Assembly (NCBI RefSeq): GCF_006345805.1
Contig: NC_043016.1
Location: 9,920,001 to 9,984,000, forward strand
Reading direction: 5' to 3'
Origin: Octopus sinensis
Lineage: Eukaryota
DNA: 64,000 nucleotides
Positions 36,403 to 49,993 of the stretch are shown here, one piece after another. The translations under genes were made by a program, and so were the position numbers. Positions within the stretch are counted from its first letter, which is position 1; each line of letters starts with the position of its first letter. The notes under the pieces are model-generated. The model was not told the DNA's origin. It made no database searches and was given only the letters and a program-made list of their open reading frames with translations.

Positions 36403-36798
36403 TGTTGAATATTTTCTTTTACCCAAAGCCACGATCTTTTCAGTACCCCCTCGTACCTACCGAAACACAACATAATTTTTTCCAAAATTTTGGGTTTCAC
36501 TTTGTAAATGCATATTTGTTGTGTTAGTATCTGTTTGTGAAAGCACACCAACTTTCTTTATGGCTCTACTTGTCACTAATAAGCTCAGCCCTTGATAATT
36601 GCACACTAACCAGCCCCCATTCACTACACCTGTGCAGCATTTTTGAGCTGCTTGTTTAAATTCTGCATGGAAAAATGCATTTTTTAATTTTATTTTTTTT
36701 TAAATACCCACTTCTTTGCTATTATCAAATGTGTGGCATGAGGTTGTTTGATAAAAGGAGGACTGAGGACTTGATGGCGATGCTGGGGTTGCACTTAA

Positions 36799-37015
36799 CC
36801 CTTCAGCACAAACCAGTAATATCTGGCTTAAATACTCTACCTTTTATTATGTTCAAACTGGCTAGGTCTGGCCTCTCACACCTACCCTACAATGTTGTTC
36901 TAAACATAAACAATTCCATCATTGCAATATCAAAGCACTGAGATAATGCATGATTAATTAAAAACTGTGAGTAAAGAAGCATTACATTTGACAGAATAAT
37001 CGGAATGCTAACGAG
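36799..37015. mobile_element. piggyBac-type MITE, diverged
   Basis: ttaa|cccttcagc ... gctaacgag|ttaa; body similar to 29265-29485. Confidence 0.55.
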
Positions 37016-37435
37016 TTAATCAATCTGAAACAAGACTGTATCTTTTTTTTTTTTTTACTTGTTCCAGTCACTGTGCTGGAGACATGCTGTGACACCCCTT
37101 GAAAGGTCCCGTCAAATACATCAATCACCATCATCATCATCATCATCCTAGTACTTATTGTTTAAAAGACTGGTACTTATTCTATTGCTCTCTTTTAACA
37201 AAGCACTAAGTTACAGGAATGTAAACAAACCAGCATTGGTTGTCAAGTGATGGTGGGGGTGACACAGACACACCAACATATACACACAAACATACATACA
37301 TACATATATATATATATACATATGACGAGCTTTTAGTTTCCTTCTACCAAATCCAGTCACAAGGTTTTGGTCGACCCAAGGTATCGTAGAAGACACTTAC
37401 CCAAGGTGCCATGCAATGGGACTGAACCCAGAACC

Positions 37436-37667
37436 TATTTCTTTATTACCCACAAGGGGCTAAACACAGAGGGGACAAACAAGGACAGACATAGGTATTA
37501 AGTCGATTACATCGACCCCAGTGCGTAACTGGTACTTAATTTATCGACCCCGAAAGGATGAAAGGCAAAGTCAACCTTGGCGGAATTTGAACTCACAACG
37601 TAACGCAGACGAAATACCGCTAAGCATTTCGCCCGGCGTGCTAACGTTTCTGCCAGCTCGCCGCCTT
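37436..37667 (-). mobile_element. SINE family B, single unit, inserted in a SINE-A copy with a 15-bp TSD
   Basis: TSD ACTGAACCCAGAACC at 37421-37435 and 37668-37682. Confidence 0.88.
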
Positions 37668-39575
37668 ACTGAACCCAGAACCATGTTCTTGCACACCCCC
37701 ACATTTGCACCTGCAACTGGAATGAGAACTAATTAAAATTTAGTGTTCAGTAATCAAAGAAGTAGCTTTAATTAGAACAGATCATCATCGTGGTTTAACA
37801 TCTGTTCTCCATGCTAGCATCGGTTGGACAGTTCGACCGGGGATCTGGGAAGCCAGAAGGCTGCACCAGGCTCCGGTCTGATAAATGGAGTCATCAATAA
37901 TTAGGTATTATACTAATAATTCTTTCTACTATTGGTTCTAGGCCAGTGCATACCATAAAGTGGTTGGAATTAGGATGGGCATCTTGTCATAGTGGAGGTG
38001 CATGATTTGATGGTTAGGGTGTTGGATTCATGACTGTAAGGTTGTGGTTTCAATTCCTGGACCAGTTGATGCATTGTGCTTTTGAGCAAAACACTTCATT
38101 TCGTGAAGTGTTCCAGTCCCGCTTAGCTGGCGAAAACGAATAATCCCGTGACAAACTGGCATCCCATCTATGCACCACAAAAACTTGGAAACTGGTTCCC
38201 ATATGACTCGGGAAGGATCTTTCTCCATCTTCCTCTCTTCATCAAGTCATGGAAACCATGTCAGAGCTGACATTGGAAATTCATGCGACTTTCGGCCTGC
38301 TAAATCTTGTCGAGCTGTTCCACCCATGCCAGCATGGAAGACAGACATTAAATGATGATAACAAATGATGATGTTTCATCATACAAAAATTTTAAAGCTT
38401 TCAAATTTAAAATTCAAAGCATTTCAATACTATTTGATGTAAGAATTTTTTTCTTTTTTTTTCTTAACTTTATAAACACTAGCTTAATGGAAAAGCTAGA
38501 TGCTTTGACTGAATCTCTCAAATTATTGATTATTTTCAAAATAAATTTAACCCAAAAAAAAAAAAGAAAAGACAATATAGTTTATAATGTTATCACAAAA
38601 CAGTTAATGTATTGAAATTTAATCACAATAGAAATAATGTCTTGAAAATTAAATTAAAAAAAAAAAAAAAAAAAAAACTGATTCAGTATCAACAAGCTAG
38701 ACTCATTTGGTGGGGTGGGACTTTCTCATTGTGATATTCTCTAGCATTTTATGAACGTTGGATTAAAAGACAAATGGCTCATTCTGCACCGAATTTACAA
38801 TCTGTGCTTTCACAGTACTTAACATCATTACTTGTATAGAGATTTAAAAGCATCCGTTTTTATTGTCACTTCACATCACTGTAATTTCTAGAATATACAC
38901 GAGATCACCACAAATGTCTTTATCCTTTGGAATACATGAAAACCATATGGCTTTGTCTTTTAAGACCAGGATTTTATTAACAAAGCGTTGATTATCTTAT
39001 TGAGTTTGTCATGCAATTGGAAAATCTCAGTCTTTGAATTATTCTTATTTAATAAGGAGAATACTTTTCCTAGAGGAATTTCACCCTCAGTCATATTGTT
39101 GGAATTTATAGTTAATTTTACTCTTTCCCTTCTTTCTGTCTCCTCATGAACTTACCTGGCCATGCCTCTTCTCTTTTATTCACCTTCCTGTAAATGAGAG
39201 AGTACCTTGACACTTCTTTACCACCATCCTCTTTTCCTACAGGGGCAACCTTGTATCTCTCCTACAGTAAGACCCCCTGTTCCTATCTCCTATCATACTT
39301 TGACCTCTCATTACTTGGCATAAAACCCACAATACTACAAGCCTTTAAGTTCAGGGGTCTGATCTTAAGAGTTACTTGGTGATCTCACTAGTGTTAGTGC
39401 CATATAAAATCCACTCAGTACACTCTGAAATGGTTGGTGTCAGGAAGAGCGTCCAGCTGTAGAAACCTTGCTGAGGCAAAACATTGGGACTTGGTGTAGT
39501 CCACTGTTTCATGAGTTCTTGTCACACTGTTCAACCCATACCAGCATGGAAAACAGATGTTGATAATGATTATGA

Positions 39576-39614
<39 letters not shown>

Positions 39615-39959
39615 CACCATCATCATCATCATCATTTAACTTATATTCTTCATGCTGGCATCTGTTGGACAGTTTGACCAGAGATGGAGAGCTGCACCAG
39701 GTTCCAGTCTGATTTGGCATGGTCTCGACAGCTGGATGCCCTTCCTAATGCCAATCCCTTAACAGAATGTGCTGGGTGCTTTTACGTTGTCCTGGTATGA
39801 GTACCTATTACGTGGAACTGGCATGAGTGCTTTCTGCATGGCACCACCCCAGGGCTCTTTCAAGCAATCATCTTTGCCAGGGGACACCGGCCTTAGCACA
39901 TCTGCTGTGGAGTAATGGGTCTTCTTGAGTAACAGCAAGGTACCAAGCATTTCAGGCTT

Positions 39960-40350
39960 TTGTCATCTCACCTGATAGCTTCAGTGCCCTGAAGTCATCC
40001 TTCAGTACTTTGTCCCATGTCTTCCTGGGACATCTCATATCTCCTTCCACATGTTCCATCTACTTTGAGAGTTTGACACTTCTTTATGAAGCTCTCAGTA
40101 TTCATCCACATCGCATGACCAAACCAACACAGTCTTCTCTTTTGCATAATGCATATAATTCCTCTTATGCCTGATTTCTCTCTCTCAAAACACTAGCACT
40201 GGCACGAACATGAAACTTACATTACACATATAGCAGAACACACTAGTGTCATTCCTCTCTGGACTTCACATGTCCTCAGCATTCAGGGCCCATGTCTTAC
40301 TACCTAGTAAAATTGCTGTCCCTATACATGCATCATATAATCTTCCTTAC
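39960..40350 (-). mobile_element. RTE-type LINE 3' coding remnant
   Basis: Minus strand gives GRLYDACIGTAILLGSKTWAL, RRLCWFGHAMWM and PRKTWDKVLKDD. Confidence 0.7.
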
Positions 40351-40711
40351 ACTAGGAGAGAGAAACCTTACACACACATACATATATATATTTGAGGGGA
40401 TTTGTTATAAGGATAAGAATATACCATAAACAAGTATTTAAAAAATGGAGAAAAGATGTTGAAACAAACAGATTTATTATAAAACTGGATTCAATGCATA
40501 TGTACGTTTTGAAAAACAATGTAAAAATGTAAGAAAAATTTTAATCATAGTGATTATAATTGAAAATAAAAAATTAAAATTAAGAATATTTTTATTACCT
40601 GTTTTGGCTGATTTTCATGAATATGATGAATCCTTATTAGAAATCACCTTTTCTCTCTTTTTGGATCCCCCAAAAAGTTTGAATTGTTCTTTTTGAACTT
40701 ACCTTTTCTTA

Positions 40712-41050
40712 TATCATCATCATCGTTTAGCGTCCGCTTTCCATGCTAGCATGGGTTGGATGGTTCAACTGGGGTCTGGGAAGCCAGAAGGCTGCATCAG
40801 GCCCAGTCTGATCTGGCAGTGTTTCTACAGCTGGATGCCCTTCCTAATGCCAACCACTTCGTGAGTGTAGTGGGTGCTTTTTACGTGCCACCCGCACAGG
40901 TGCCAGACAGAGCTGGCAACGGCCATGAACGGATGGTGCTTTTTACGTGCCACCAGCACGGAGGCCAGTCAGGGCGGCACTGGCAACGGCCACGATCGGA
41001 TGGTTCGCTTACTTGTCACCGGCACTGGTATCACAGCTGCAATTTCCATT
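40712..41050 (-). mobile_element. SINE-like family C
   Basis: Reverse complement of the family C sequence. Confidence 0.8.
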
Positions 41051-41192
41051 GATGTTGATCGACTTCGATTTTGGTTCTGCTTTCTGATATCTGATTTGAT
41101 TTGGTTTGATTTTGATTATATATATATATAATTTCATAATAAGATAAAAAAAACCAAGGCTGTGTAGATTTTAGAACATTTATAGATAGAAA

Positions 41193-41240
41193 GTCTTACA
41201 GCTGTTTCCAGGATATCTATTATATCCCTTCATCAGAGAC
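41193..41240 (-). ncRNA. Putative minimal type I hammerhead ribozyme (Penelope-type), canonical core, stem II end damaged
   Basis: Minus strand reads GTCT-CTGATGA-A-GGGATAT(AATAG)ATATCCT-G-GAA-ACAGCTGT-A-AGAC. Confidence 0.6.
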
Positions 41241-41583
41241 AGTGTGAGAGGATGGTTAAGTAATAGTTAATTTAGATAGGATATGGAATAGAGAGTGAGG
41301 TGGAGGAAATAAAAGAAAATAGATGTGTGATATGTAGGGATGTTGTATTTGTAGATCCATTTTTTTAGGCAGAATGGTATACATATAATATTCCAATACC
41401 TTATGAGTAAAATCCAATAGAATTTAAAATTGGTCATTCCAAGTATGGAGTCTATACACAGTGTTATTGAATCCAGGGTTGTGATCACTGAGTCTAGACA
41501 ATTAAGTTGTAGAACATGTTATGCCGAGGAGGTCTAAATAAGACCAAAGTTTGTTATCTTCACCAATTAGTTCAACCATAAAA

Positions 41584-41981
41584 TCTTTATATATAAAAGT
41601 GAGGTTGTGTGCTGTCTGTCTCCTACGATTTAAATTCCTAAGTACTCCCACATTTTGCGGTGCAGTTTAACCAAAACCGGGTATCTTATAGTCGTGATTC
41701 ATATCAAGCCCTTCTGGGTATTAGCGCATCTACGATGAGTCTACGATTTGAAAAAAAATTTACCATCATTTTTTTCCATTTTAATGCATTTTTTCGCTAT
41801 TATATAAGGGAAGTAACTCTCTAAAAATGTCTACGATGAGTCAACGATTTAAAAAAAAATTTACCATAATTTTTTCCCATTTTTAATGCATTTTTTTGCT
41901 ATTATTTGGCTATAACTCTCTAAAAATGCTTATATAGTTATTTCCCTTACAAACCTAAGCAACGCCGGGCGATACTGCTAG
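41584..41981 (+). mobile_element. Non-autonomous Helitron (same family as 18585)
   Basis: a|TCTTTATATATAAAAG ... gcaacgccgggcgatactgCTAG|t. Confidence 0.85.
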
Positions 41982-42996
41982 TCTCTTATATAACAAGAAC
42001 ATTCACCCTCTCTCTCTCTCATCTCAATGTAATCCCTTTTCTCTCCTTCTCTCTCCCCCTCCTTAAACAATTATAAGCAGCAGCAGCAGTTTCCAGTCAA
42101 ATAACCACGTTTTATGTTTGCTAAAATTTTGATTACTGTATATTACTGGAATTATCTCCCTTGCTTGTTGCTTTATGACTTTAAGCACCCATCCTACTAA
42201 TTGCATAATCTCGGTTAATTGCAGTATATCTGGGCTCACTGTATTACATGTGATAGCTTGCTAAATTAAAAAACATATTGATTACTCTAATGACTACCTA
42301 TTTTATGTAATTTAAATGAAATCCTTATTTATAACCAAAAAAAGTAAAAAATGGAAGGAAACAAATAAAACAATGTATGAAGATAGAAATATAAACTATT
42401 TTAGTCGTCAAGGAAGCCAGCCTCCACATGGTCATTCAAACTGCTAGAAGGAGCAGTTAAATCTCCCTCAAGTCATGGCCTAAAACCTTTAAGAAATAAA
42501 GTGGATACATTCGATAACATGGTGTTAGTTTCCCATTAACTCTTTAACTGACCATAAAAGGCCCAAATATTTTATGATTTTTATGTACAAACCAGCTAGA
42601 TTTGATCTCTCACACCTACCCTACAATATTATTCTAAAAATGCAACAATCACATTATTGAATTCAAATTTTAGCACAAAGCCAGCATCTGTGGGAGAGTA
42701 GATAACACAATTACATCGACCCCCAGTGTTCTGGTACTTATTTTATAGATCCCGAAAAGATGAAAGGCAAAGTTGACTTCAGCAGAATTTGAACTCAGAA
42801 CGTAAAGACAGATGAAATTCCTCTAAGCACTTTGCCAAGCATGCTAAGAATTCTGCCAGCTCGCTGCCTCATCAAATTGGGTTCTTAAAGCTATGAGATA
42901 ATGCTTAATCAATTTGAAGCAATGTGAATAAATAAGCTTTACATATGATGGAAAGTATCTGAATAAGAAAAGGTAAAGGGTGGGATGGGGACGCCT

Positions 42997-43322
42997 AGAT
43001 TGAGTATGATCAAGGTATCCCAAAACTGTGACTGAAATGCTCCCATTCCATCCCTTAAAAAAAGGCAAGGGGACACTTAGACTGAGTATGATTGAGGTGT
43101 TCCCATTCAATCCCTTAAAAGGATATCAAGGGAATACTTAGATTGAGTATGATTGAGGTGTCCCAGAACTGATTGAAGTGTTCCCATTCAATCCCTTAAA
43201 AGGATGGCAAGGGGACACTTAGACTGAGTATGATTGAGGTATCCCAGAACTGAGACTGAATTGTTCCCATCGCACCCTTTACAAGGATGGCAAGGGGACA
43301 CTTGGATTGAATGCGATTGAGG
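42997..43322. repeat. Diverged modular minisatellite (61-83-bp units)
   Basis: taga(t/c)tgagtatgattgaggt recurs at about 42997, 43078, 43139, 43220 and 43303. Confidence 0.75.
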
Positions 43323-46300
43323 TTTAAATGTTGGTCAAAACTATATTTGAGTAAGGATGTAAAATAAATGAACAAGGAAATTATTAAAAAGATGTATGTA
43401 TGTAAGTGTATATAATATGTACGCATATACATACACTTGTTTTTACAGTTTTCTTGTTTGTTTTTACTGTAGGCAGTAAGGAGCTGTGAAAATTAAACAT
43501 GAAACCAGGCAAACTTTGTTGAAAACTTTATTGCAAGTGTCCCCTTTCACACCCACACTTAGAGACATATACATACATACAAGCATATACATATATATAC
43601 GCATACAAACATTTATTTATACATATATATATATATACACACATACATATACATATATATACATACATGACAAACAGATATATATACAAATACACATGCA
43701 AACATATATATATACACACATACAAACAAATACATATATACACATACAAACATACATATATGCATATACACATGCAAACATATATAATAATAATATAAGG
43801 AGCACACAGTTGATTACAACAATGTGGATCCCAGCTGATGCGATCAACGGAACAGCTTGCTCATGAAATTAACACGCAAGTGGCTGAGCACTCCACAGAC
43901 ACGTGTACCCTTAATGTAGTTCCCAGGGAGATTCAGCGTGACACAGAAAATGACAAGGCTGGCCCTTTGAAATACATGTACAACTCATTTTTGCTAGCTG
44001 AGTGGACTGGAGCAACAGGAAATAGAGTGTCTTGTCCAAGGACACATCACTTTGCTGGGAATTGAACTTGCGACCTTAGGATCACTAAGCCACATATACA
44101 TATATACACATACACATGTAAGTATATACTTATACACACATTCACAAGCAGACACGTACATTTGAACACCCATGCATACACTTTATACCAGTAATATTAC
44201 TGGTACTTAGTTTTGTGAGTAGGTACTTAACCCTTTAGCATTCAGATTATCCTGTTTATGGTAATGCTTATTTATTCACATTAGTCTTAAGTAATCATGT
44301 ATTGTCTTATAGCTTTGAGATTTCAATGATGTGATCGTTGGTGTTTTAGAAGGTTATGCCCTGGCACTTGCCACCATCTATGTCTCTCTTTCCCTTTTAC
44401 TCAACCATCCCATTTATACTCCCTTTTGAGTATACCCGGCATTTTGTCACCATCTCTATCCTGCTGTCTCCTCCTGCACTTCCCTCAGGTTGGGTAACCA
44501 TGTATTTCCTTTACAGTAGCACACCACCTGTTTCTGTCTTCATTCCTGCTCTCTCACTCTCTCTGGCCAGGTAACCTTGTACATCCTCTACAGTAAAACA
44601 CCTGTTTCTGTCTCTCTGTCTCACCTTTCATCATCTGACACGAAGATCACCTCCTCCAATGCCCCTTCCCCTCTCAAAAAGTTTTTTTTTTCTTTCTTGC
44701 AAGGTACTTGGTGATCCTGTCAGTGCAGGTGCCACTTAAAGAACACCCAGTCCACAATGTAAAGTGGTTGGTGTTAGGAAGGACATCCAGCTGTAAAACC
44801 CTTCCCAAAACTGACCTCACCTGTGCTTGTGTCACATAAAAAGCACTACTCACCTTGCCTGTGTTTGTGCCATGTAAAAAGCACCAAGTCCACTCTGCTG
44901 AGTGGTTGGTATTAGGAAGGGCATCCAGCTGTAAAAATCCTGCCAAAACAGTCACAGAAGTCTGGCGCTGGCTTCTGCCTGGCCAGCTCTTGTCAAACCA
45001 TTCCACCCATGCCAGCATGGAAGGCAGACATTAAATGATGATGATGATGATTATAGGGTAGGTGTGAGCAAACCATATCTGGTTGGTGTGGACATAAATG
45101 GATGGAACATTTTGGCCTGGAATGGTTGGTTTGAATACTATAGAGTTAAGTGACAATCTGGAAAAGCGAAGGCTTTCAGAAAAAGGAACCAACCAGCTAA
45201 AACAGAGTTTATAAAAAACAAATTGTAAGTAGAACAGTAAAAATATGCAAGACTTTTTAAAGTTCAAAATATAACATAATTTTTGTTTATCTATATCACA
45301 ATGATAGAGATTTGTATCATTGTTAGAAAATATCTGATTCCTTCAAAGAAGACTTCATCATCATCGTCATTGTTTAACGTCCGCTTTCCATGCTGGCATG
45401 GGTTGGACACATACATATATTTAATAATTTAAGAAAATATTATTCCCAGAATTTGGCATCTGGTGCTTGGCACATGTCTCTTAGACTGAAACATGGCTTA
45501 GGAGTGGCTGTATGGTAAGTAGCTTGCTTACGAACCACATGGTTCCGGGTTCAGTCCCACTGCATGGCACCTTGGGCATGTGTCTTCTACTATAGCCTTG
45601 GGCTGACCAAAGCCTTGTGAGAGGATTTAGTAGATGGAAACTGAAAGAAGCCTGTCGTATATATGTATATATATATTAGAAGGTTTGGAGATGATGTACA
45701 GGTATTATATATTAGAAGAAATGAGGTACTCAGAAATCTGGATGGTTTTATATTTACAGATATTTATTAGTATGTTATATGTTTTTATAAATCATATATC
45801 ATATATTAGCACTTTCATCCACTCTAGTGGAGTTTTGAAATTGAACTTTTGCAGGAATGTTGTCTTTTTTTATAGTATTATTGAGTGTGTAGGGGTGGGG
45901 AGAGATATAAGATAGTACAAGAGGGTGAGGAATGGGGAGAAAGTGAGAGAGAGCACATGAATGTGTGTGTATATATATATGTGTGTGTGTATATACGTTT
46001 GTGTGTCTGTTTGTTCCCCACCATCACTTGACAATCGATGCTGATGTGTTTACGTCCCCGTAACCTAGTGGTTCGGCAAAAGAGACCAATAGAATAAGTA
46101 CTAGGCTTACAAAGAATAAGTCCTGGGGTCGATTTGCTCGACTAAAGGCGGTGCACCAGCATGACCACAGTCAAATGACTGAAACAAGTAATAGAGTAAA
46201 AATGAGTATGTGTTTATAAATTTGCTTCCCAATGATATAATTCCAGGTTCAGTCCCACTGTGTGGTATCTTGAGCAAATGTGTGTATTTGTCACCCCCAC

Positions 46301-46409
46301 ACCACATGACAATCAATAAAAGATAATTCTGTTATTCCATTATTCTACCATTCTATTAATCCGTTATTCTATTATTAATCTATTATTCTTTTATTCTTTC
46401 ATTGTCCAG

Positions 46410-46661
46410 AGTGCAAAAGAGAAAATCAAACAAGTTGAAACCGAAAGAAGCAAAATGGAACAAAAACTAAAATTCACCGTCAACCCGATTGGCTTAGCTC
46501 GCTTGGTCCAGCCGAAATGCCCAACATTCATCACCCACCGAGGTTATGGGGCATTCCCACTTTATGATTTACAGAAAAACCATAAAAATAAGTGCCTTAA
46601 TAACAGTACTGAAAATCAGGAAGACTTGACTGACAACGATGGTGGCCGCAGCAGTAACTAG
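46410..46661 (+). CDS. SWAP70: SWAP70-like terminal coding exon
   Basis: Long polypyrimidine tract plus ccag acceptor, phase 0, after a 25.7-kb intron. Translation SAKEKIKQVETERSKMEQKLKFTVNPIGLARLVQPKCPTFITHRGYGAFPLYDLQK...SSN*; GLARLVQP...ITHRGYGAF corresponds to the SWAP70 C-terminal GLIRLIEP...ITNWGPAAF motif. Confidence 0.9.
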   Translation, partial: SAKEKIKQVETERSKMEQKLKFTVNPIGLARLVQPKCPTFITHRGYGAFPLYDLQKNHKNKCLNNSTENQEDLTDNDGGRSSN

Positions 46662-47932
46662 GAAGTCTTTTTTTTTTGTTGTTTTTTTTTTAAATTTTAG
46701 GAGAGACTAACAGAGAGAGAACAATGATTGTCTGGTCTGATGGTTGATATGTCTTGCAATATATTGTCCCCCCTTTGTTTTCGTTTTTTTTTTTTTTTTT
46801 TTGTAATATCTCTCCCAGTATATACATACATTACAGGCATACACAAATGTATACATACATTCACATTGCATACACGTGACACACATACGAACCAACATGG
46901 GAGTTTGCAATCTTAAACTAAAGAGAATTAAAAGGCAGTTGATTCTCAAGTGTGAGTGTGAGTGTGTGTATTTGTGTATATCATAAATAATTAATGTTAG
47001 TTCTGATATATTATTTTTTTAAAAAAAAATGCATGAAAGAAGTAAAACAAAAATGATCAAACAGATTTGAAGAACAAATGAAAGAGCTCTTCTAACTGGT
47101 ATCTCAACATGCTAGAAACAGCAGGTCTCTCACAAACCAGACCCTGTATGTCTTAAATGAAATAAAAAAAAAAAAAAGCTCAGCATGTTGGATAATAGTT
47201 TTCTACACACTTTCAATAAAGAAAACATAAAACATAAACGGAATGGTCAGCGCATAGCTGGGTCACTTGCAATCATCAATGGGTCTGTTCGATCAGGAGT
47301 GGTTTGAGGCTACATGGTTGTTTGGCCAGGAAGCTAATTCTTTCTTTAAATAAAAAAAAAGACATTACATAATGTACTCACACACACACACACACACAGA
47401 GGCTTAAAAATCAGGATGGTTTACAGATGAAATGATCTTTGATCACTGGTTTGCTTAACTGCAATGACTTGGGGCTAAACAACAATAGTAGCTAAATCTC
47501 ACTCAAATCACCAAATCACACATGCCATCGTCGTTTTTTTTTTTTCTTTTTTTTTGGTTAAAGGACACATTGGGATGGGAAGGGAGGTGTTTTGGGGGCC
47601 CCGGAGCTAGAACAATGCATAGCGAGCAGGTTCGTAGCTTCAATGCTGTTGATCATAGGCCTGTTCAAAGAGGAATGACCTGGGACTTCATCAGCAACAA
47701 CATCAATAATACACTCGTATACACATGCATACTCACATTGAAAAAACATGCTTCTGATGAGGATGAGGATGATGATGATGATGGTGATGGTGGTGATAAC
47801 AATAATAATGATAATAAAACTGGTTCTTGTTTTACTGGCTCTGAAAGTATGAAAGGCAAAGTTGACTTGATAGAATTTGAACTCAGGACATAAAGGGGCA
47901 GAAGAAATGGTACAAAGTATTTTTGGACAGCT

Positions 47933-47973
<41 letters not shown>

Positions 47974-47975
<2 letters not shown>

Positions 47976-48337
47976 GAGCATGCAGAGAGCACAAACCTCC
48001 ACCAAGGCAACACCAACATCCTCTCAATGATTAGCCAGAGATAAGTTTTAAAATGAAAATACTTGAAATAAACTCGACTGCTCTCACAAATGAGAATACT
48101 AAAAATGAACCTGTCTACTTTCAAAAATTAAGTAAAAATACAGGAAAAATAATCCAGAATCCTTGTCCAGTACTGGATCGATCTCAAAATTTAATCAGTT
48201 TGTGCCAGTCATGAGGCCAAACATCCCTGAAAGTTTCACCCAAATCTATCCCGCAGTTCTTGAGATATCTTGTCCATGGTCAAACAAACAAATGTGACTG
48301 AAAACAATACCTCTGCCTTTGCTAAGGTGGAGGTAAT
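47974..48337 (-). mobile_element. HINE/DINE-1-like element, second copy, flanked by (AAT)n
   Basis: Reverse complement of 4013-4379, with the same subterminal inverted repeats. Confidence 0.65.
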
Positions 48338-48999
48338 AATAATAATAATAATAATAACCTTTTATATTATAAGCACAGGGTCTGGAATTTTGGGGAGGAG
48401 TTCTCGTTGATTACATCGATTCCAGGGTTCAAACTGGTACTTGTTTTATTGACCCTGAAAGGATGAAAGGCAAAGGTATCCATGGTGGGATTAGAAACCA
48501 GAATGCAAAAATGGATGAAAATGTTGCTAGCCTTCACTTGTTTCCTTGTAAAGTAGTATTTTGGCTTGACTAGACATGTTTTCACTGAAGATTGGAAATG
48601 AAGGACAGGAAAATCCGTTACATATATAATGCTTTCTTCAGTCAGTTTCTACATACTAGAGGCCAATGCTAACGGCTCTTTTTAATTTTGCCACCAGGCC
48701 TGAAACTTTGAGTGAGGGGCTAGTCAATTACATTGACCCAACGTTTGACCATATTTATTTTATCAGCTTGGAAGGTATCATTATAATGATGTTATCTTTA
48801 TAATGAAAGGGTCAAAAGCAGTACATTCCCATGTTGGCACAAACTCAGAAACTGATGATAGACCAGTGAGTAGTTGGTTTATATTTCACCCTAATATTTT
48901 ATAAGCAATTTAATTTATTGATCTCGAAAAAAAAAAATTACTTCAGAGTATGGTTTGCTTCTTCCATATTCACAGCTGGTTCAGCCTGTCTTTTAACCC

Positions 49000-49430
49000 C
49001 ATCTGACCAAAGCAACTGGAATGTCTTCTTAGCTGGTAGAAGCAGATTCACATCTACGATTTATGACCAACTGGACTGCTATCATCAGTAGAAGAAGGGG
49101 TACCACAAAGAACATTGTATATCAGTGTTTGAGTTCTGCTGTACCATGGGGAATCTCACAACAGAGATTCCTCTCCATGCATTCCAAGAAACCAATTCCT
49201 GCCGTGTGCTGTCAACAATGTTCAACAAACTCCCTATTTGTGAAAACCCATTATGCATCTCAGAATGTCACGCCAACTTTTGATCATTCCATTCTCATTC
49301 TCAGGCAGTTGAGTGTCTTCCATTGAAACCATGGTACTTCTGAGCCAAGAGGGAGGTCTTCATCAAGGAGCAGTTACCTTGTCAATTGGAGGAAGGTCAT
49401 TCACAAGCTTTTCTATCCAGAGCTGGAGTC
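49000..49430 (-). mobile_element. Degenerate LINE 3' coding remnant
   Basis: Minus strand gives EDLPLGSEVPWFQWKTLNCLR, resembling the LP.G...PW..WKTLNRLRT motif that precedes the C-terminal zinc knuckle of some LINEs. Confidence 0.45.
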
Positions 49431-49792
49431 TGATTTCTTCCTAAGATGTTGTTAGGGACTGTACATGGCCAAGGAAATTTCTTCTTTAGTTCAGTCATTA
49501 AGCCAAGATTTGACATATATGGAGGAAGATGTATGTGCCTATGCACATACACACACACATGTATACTCAGTCCTCACTTGAACAAGGCTGAAAAATTGGT
49601 TGAGTCAGCAGAATATAAGATAAAATATCTTGCAGTATTTTTGTTCCAGCTCTGGACTCTGGTTTCAAACACCTTCTGAGATCAATTTTGCCCTTCATCC
49701 TTTTGAGATCAATAAAATCAGATTCAATCCCTGGTAGAATATTGGTAAAATTCCATCTCTTTACTTTCTGAGTTCTTGGGTGTTAGACTTAA

Positions 49793-49993
49793 TCCTTTAG
49801 TTTTCAGATTATTCTGTCAAATCTAATACTTATTTATTCACATTCTTTTGAATTAATCATACATTGTCTCATAGCAACGGCATGATTAAACATTTTAAGA
49901 ATGACATTGTAGAGAAGTTATGAGTTGGGCCAGATCTGAGCAGTTTGAACTTAAAACAGATACAATTTTTGAGCTGGATCAGATGATAAAGGG
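49793..49993. mobile_element. piggyBac-type MITE
   Basis: ttaa|tcctttag ... ataaaggg|ttaa. Confidence 0.6.

Larger units (their letters stand above)
33090..36700. repeat. Direct tandem duplication of a ~1.79-kb segment (about 33090-34877 and 34878-36670)
   Basis: Identical ORFs at 33246 and 35036 (offset 1790); the copies differ almost only by 1-2-nt indels. Confidence 0.95.
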
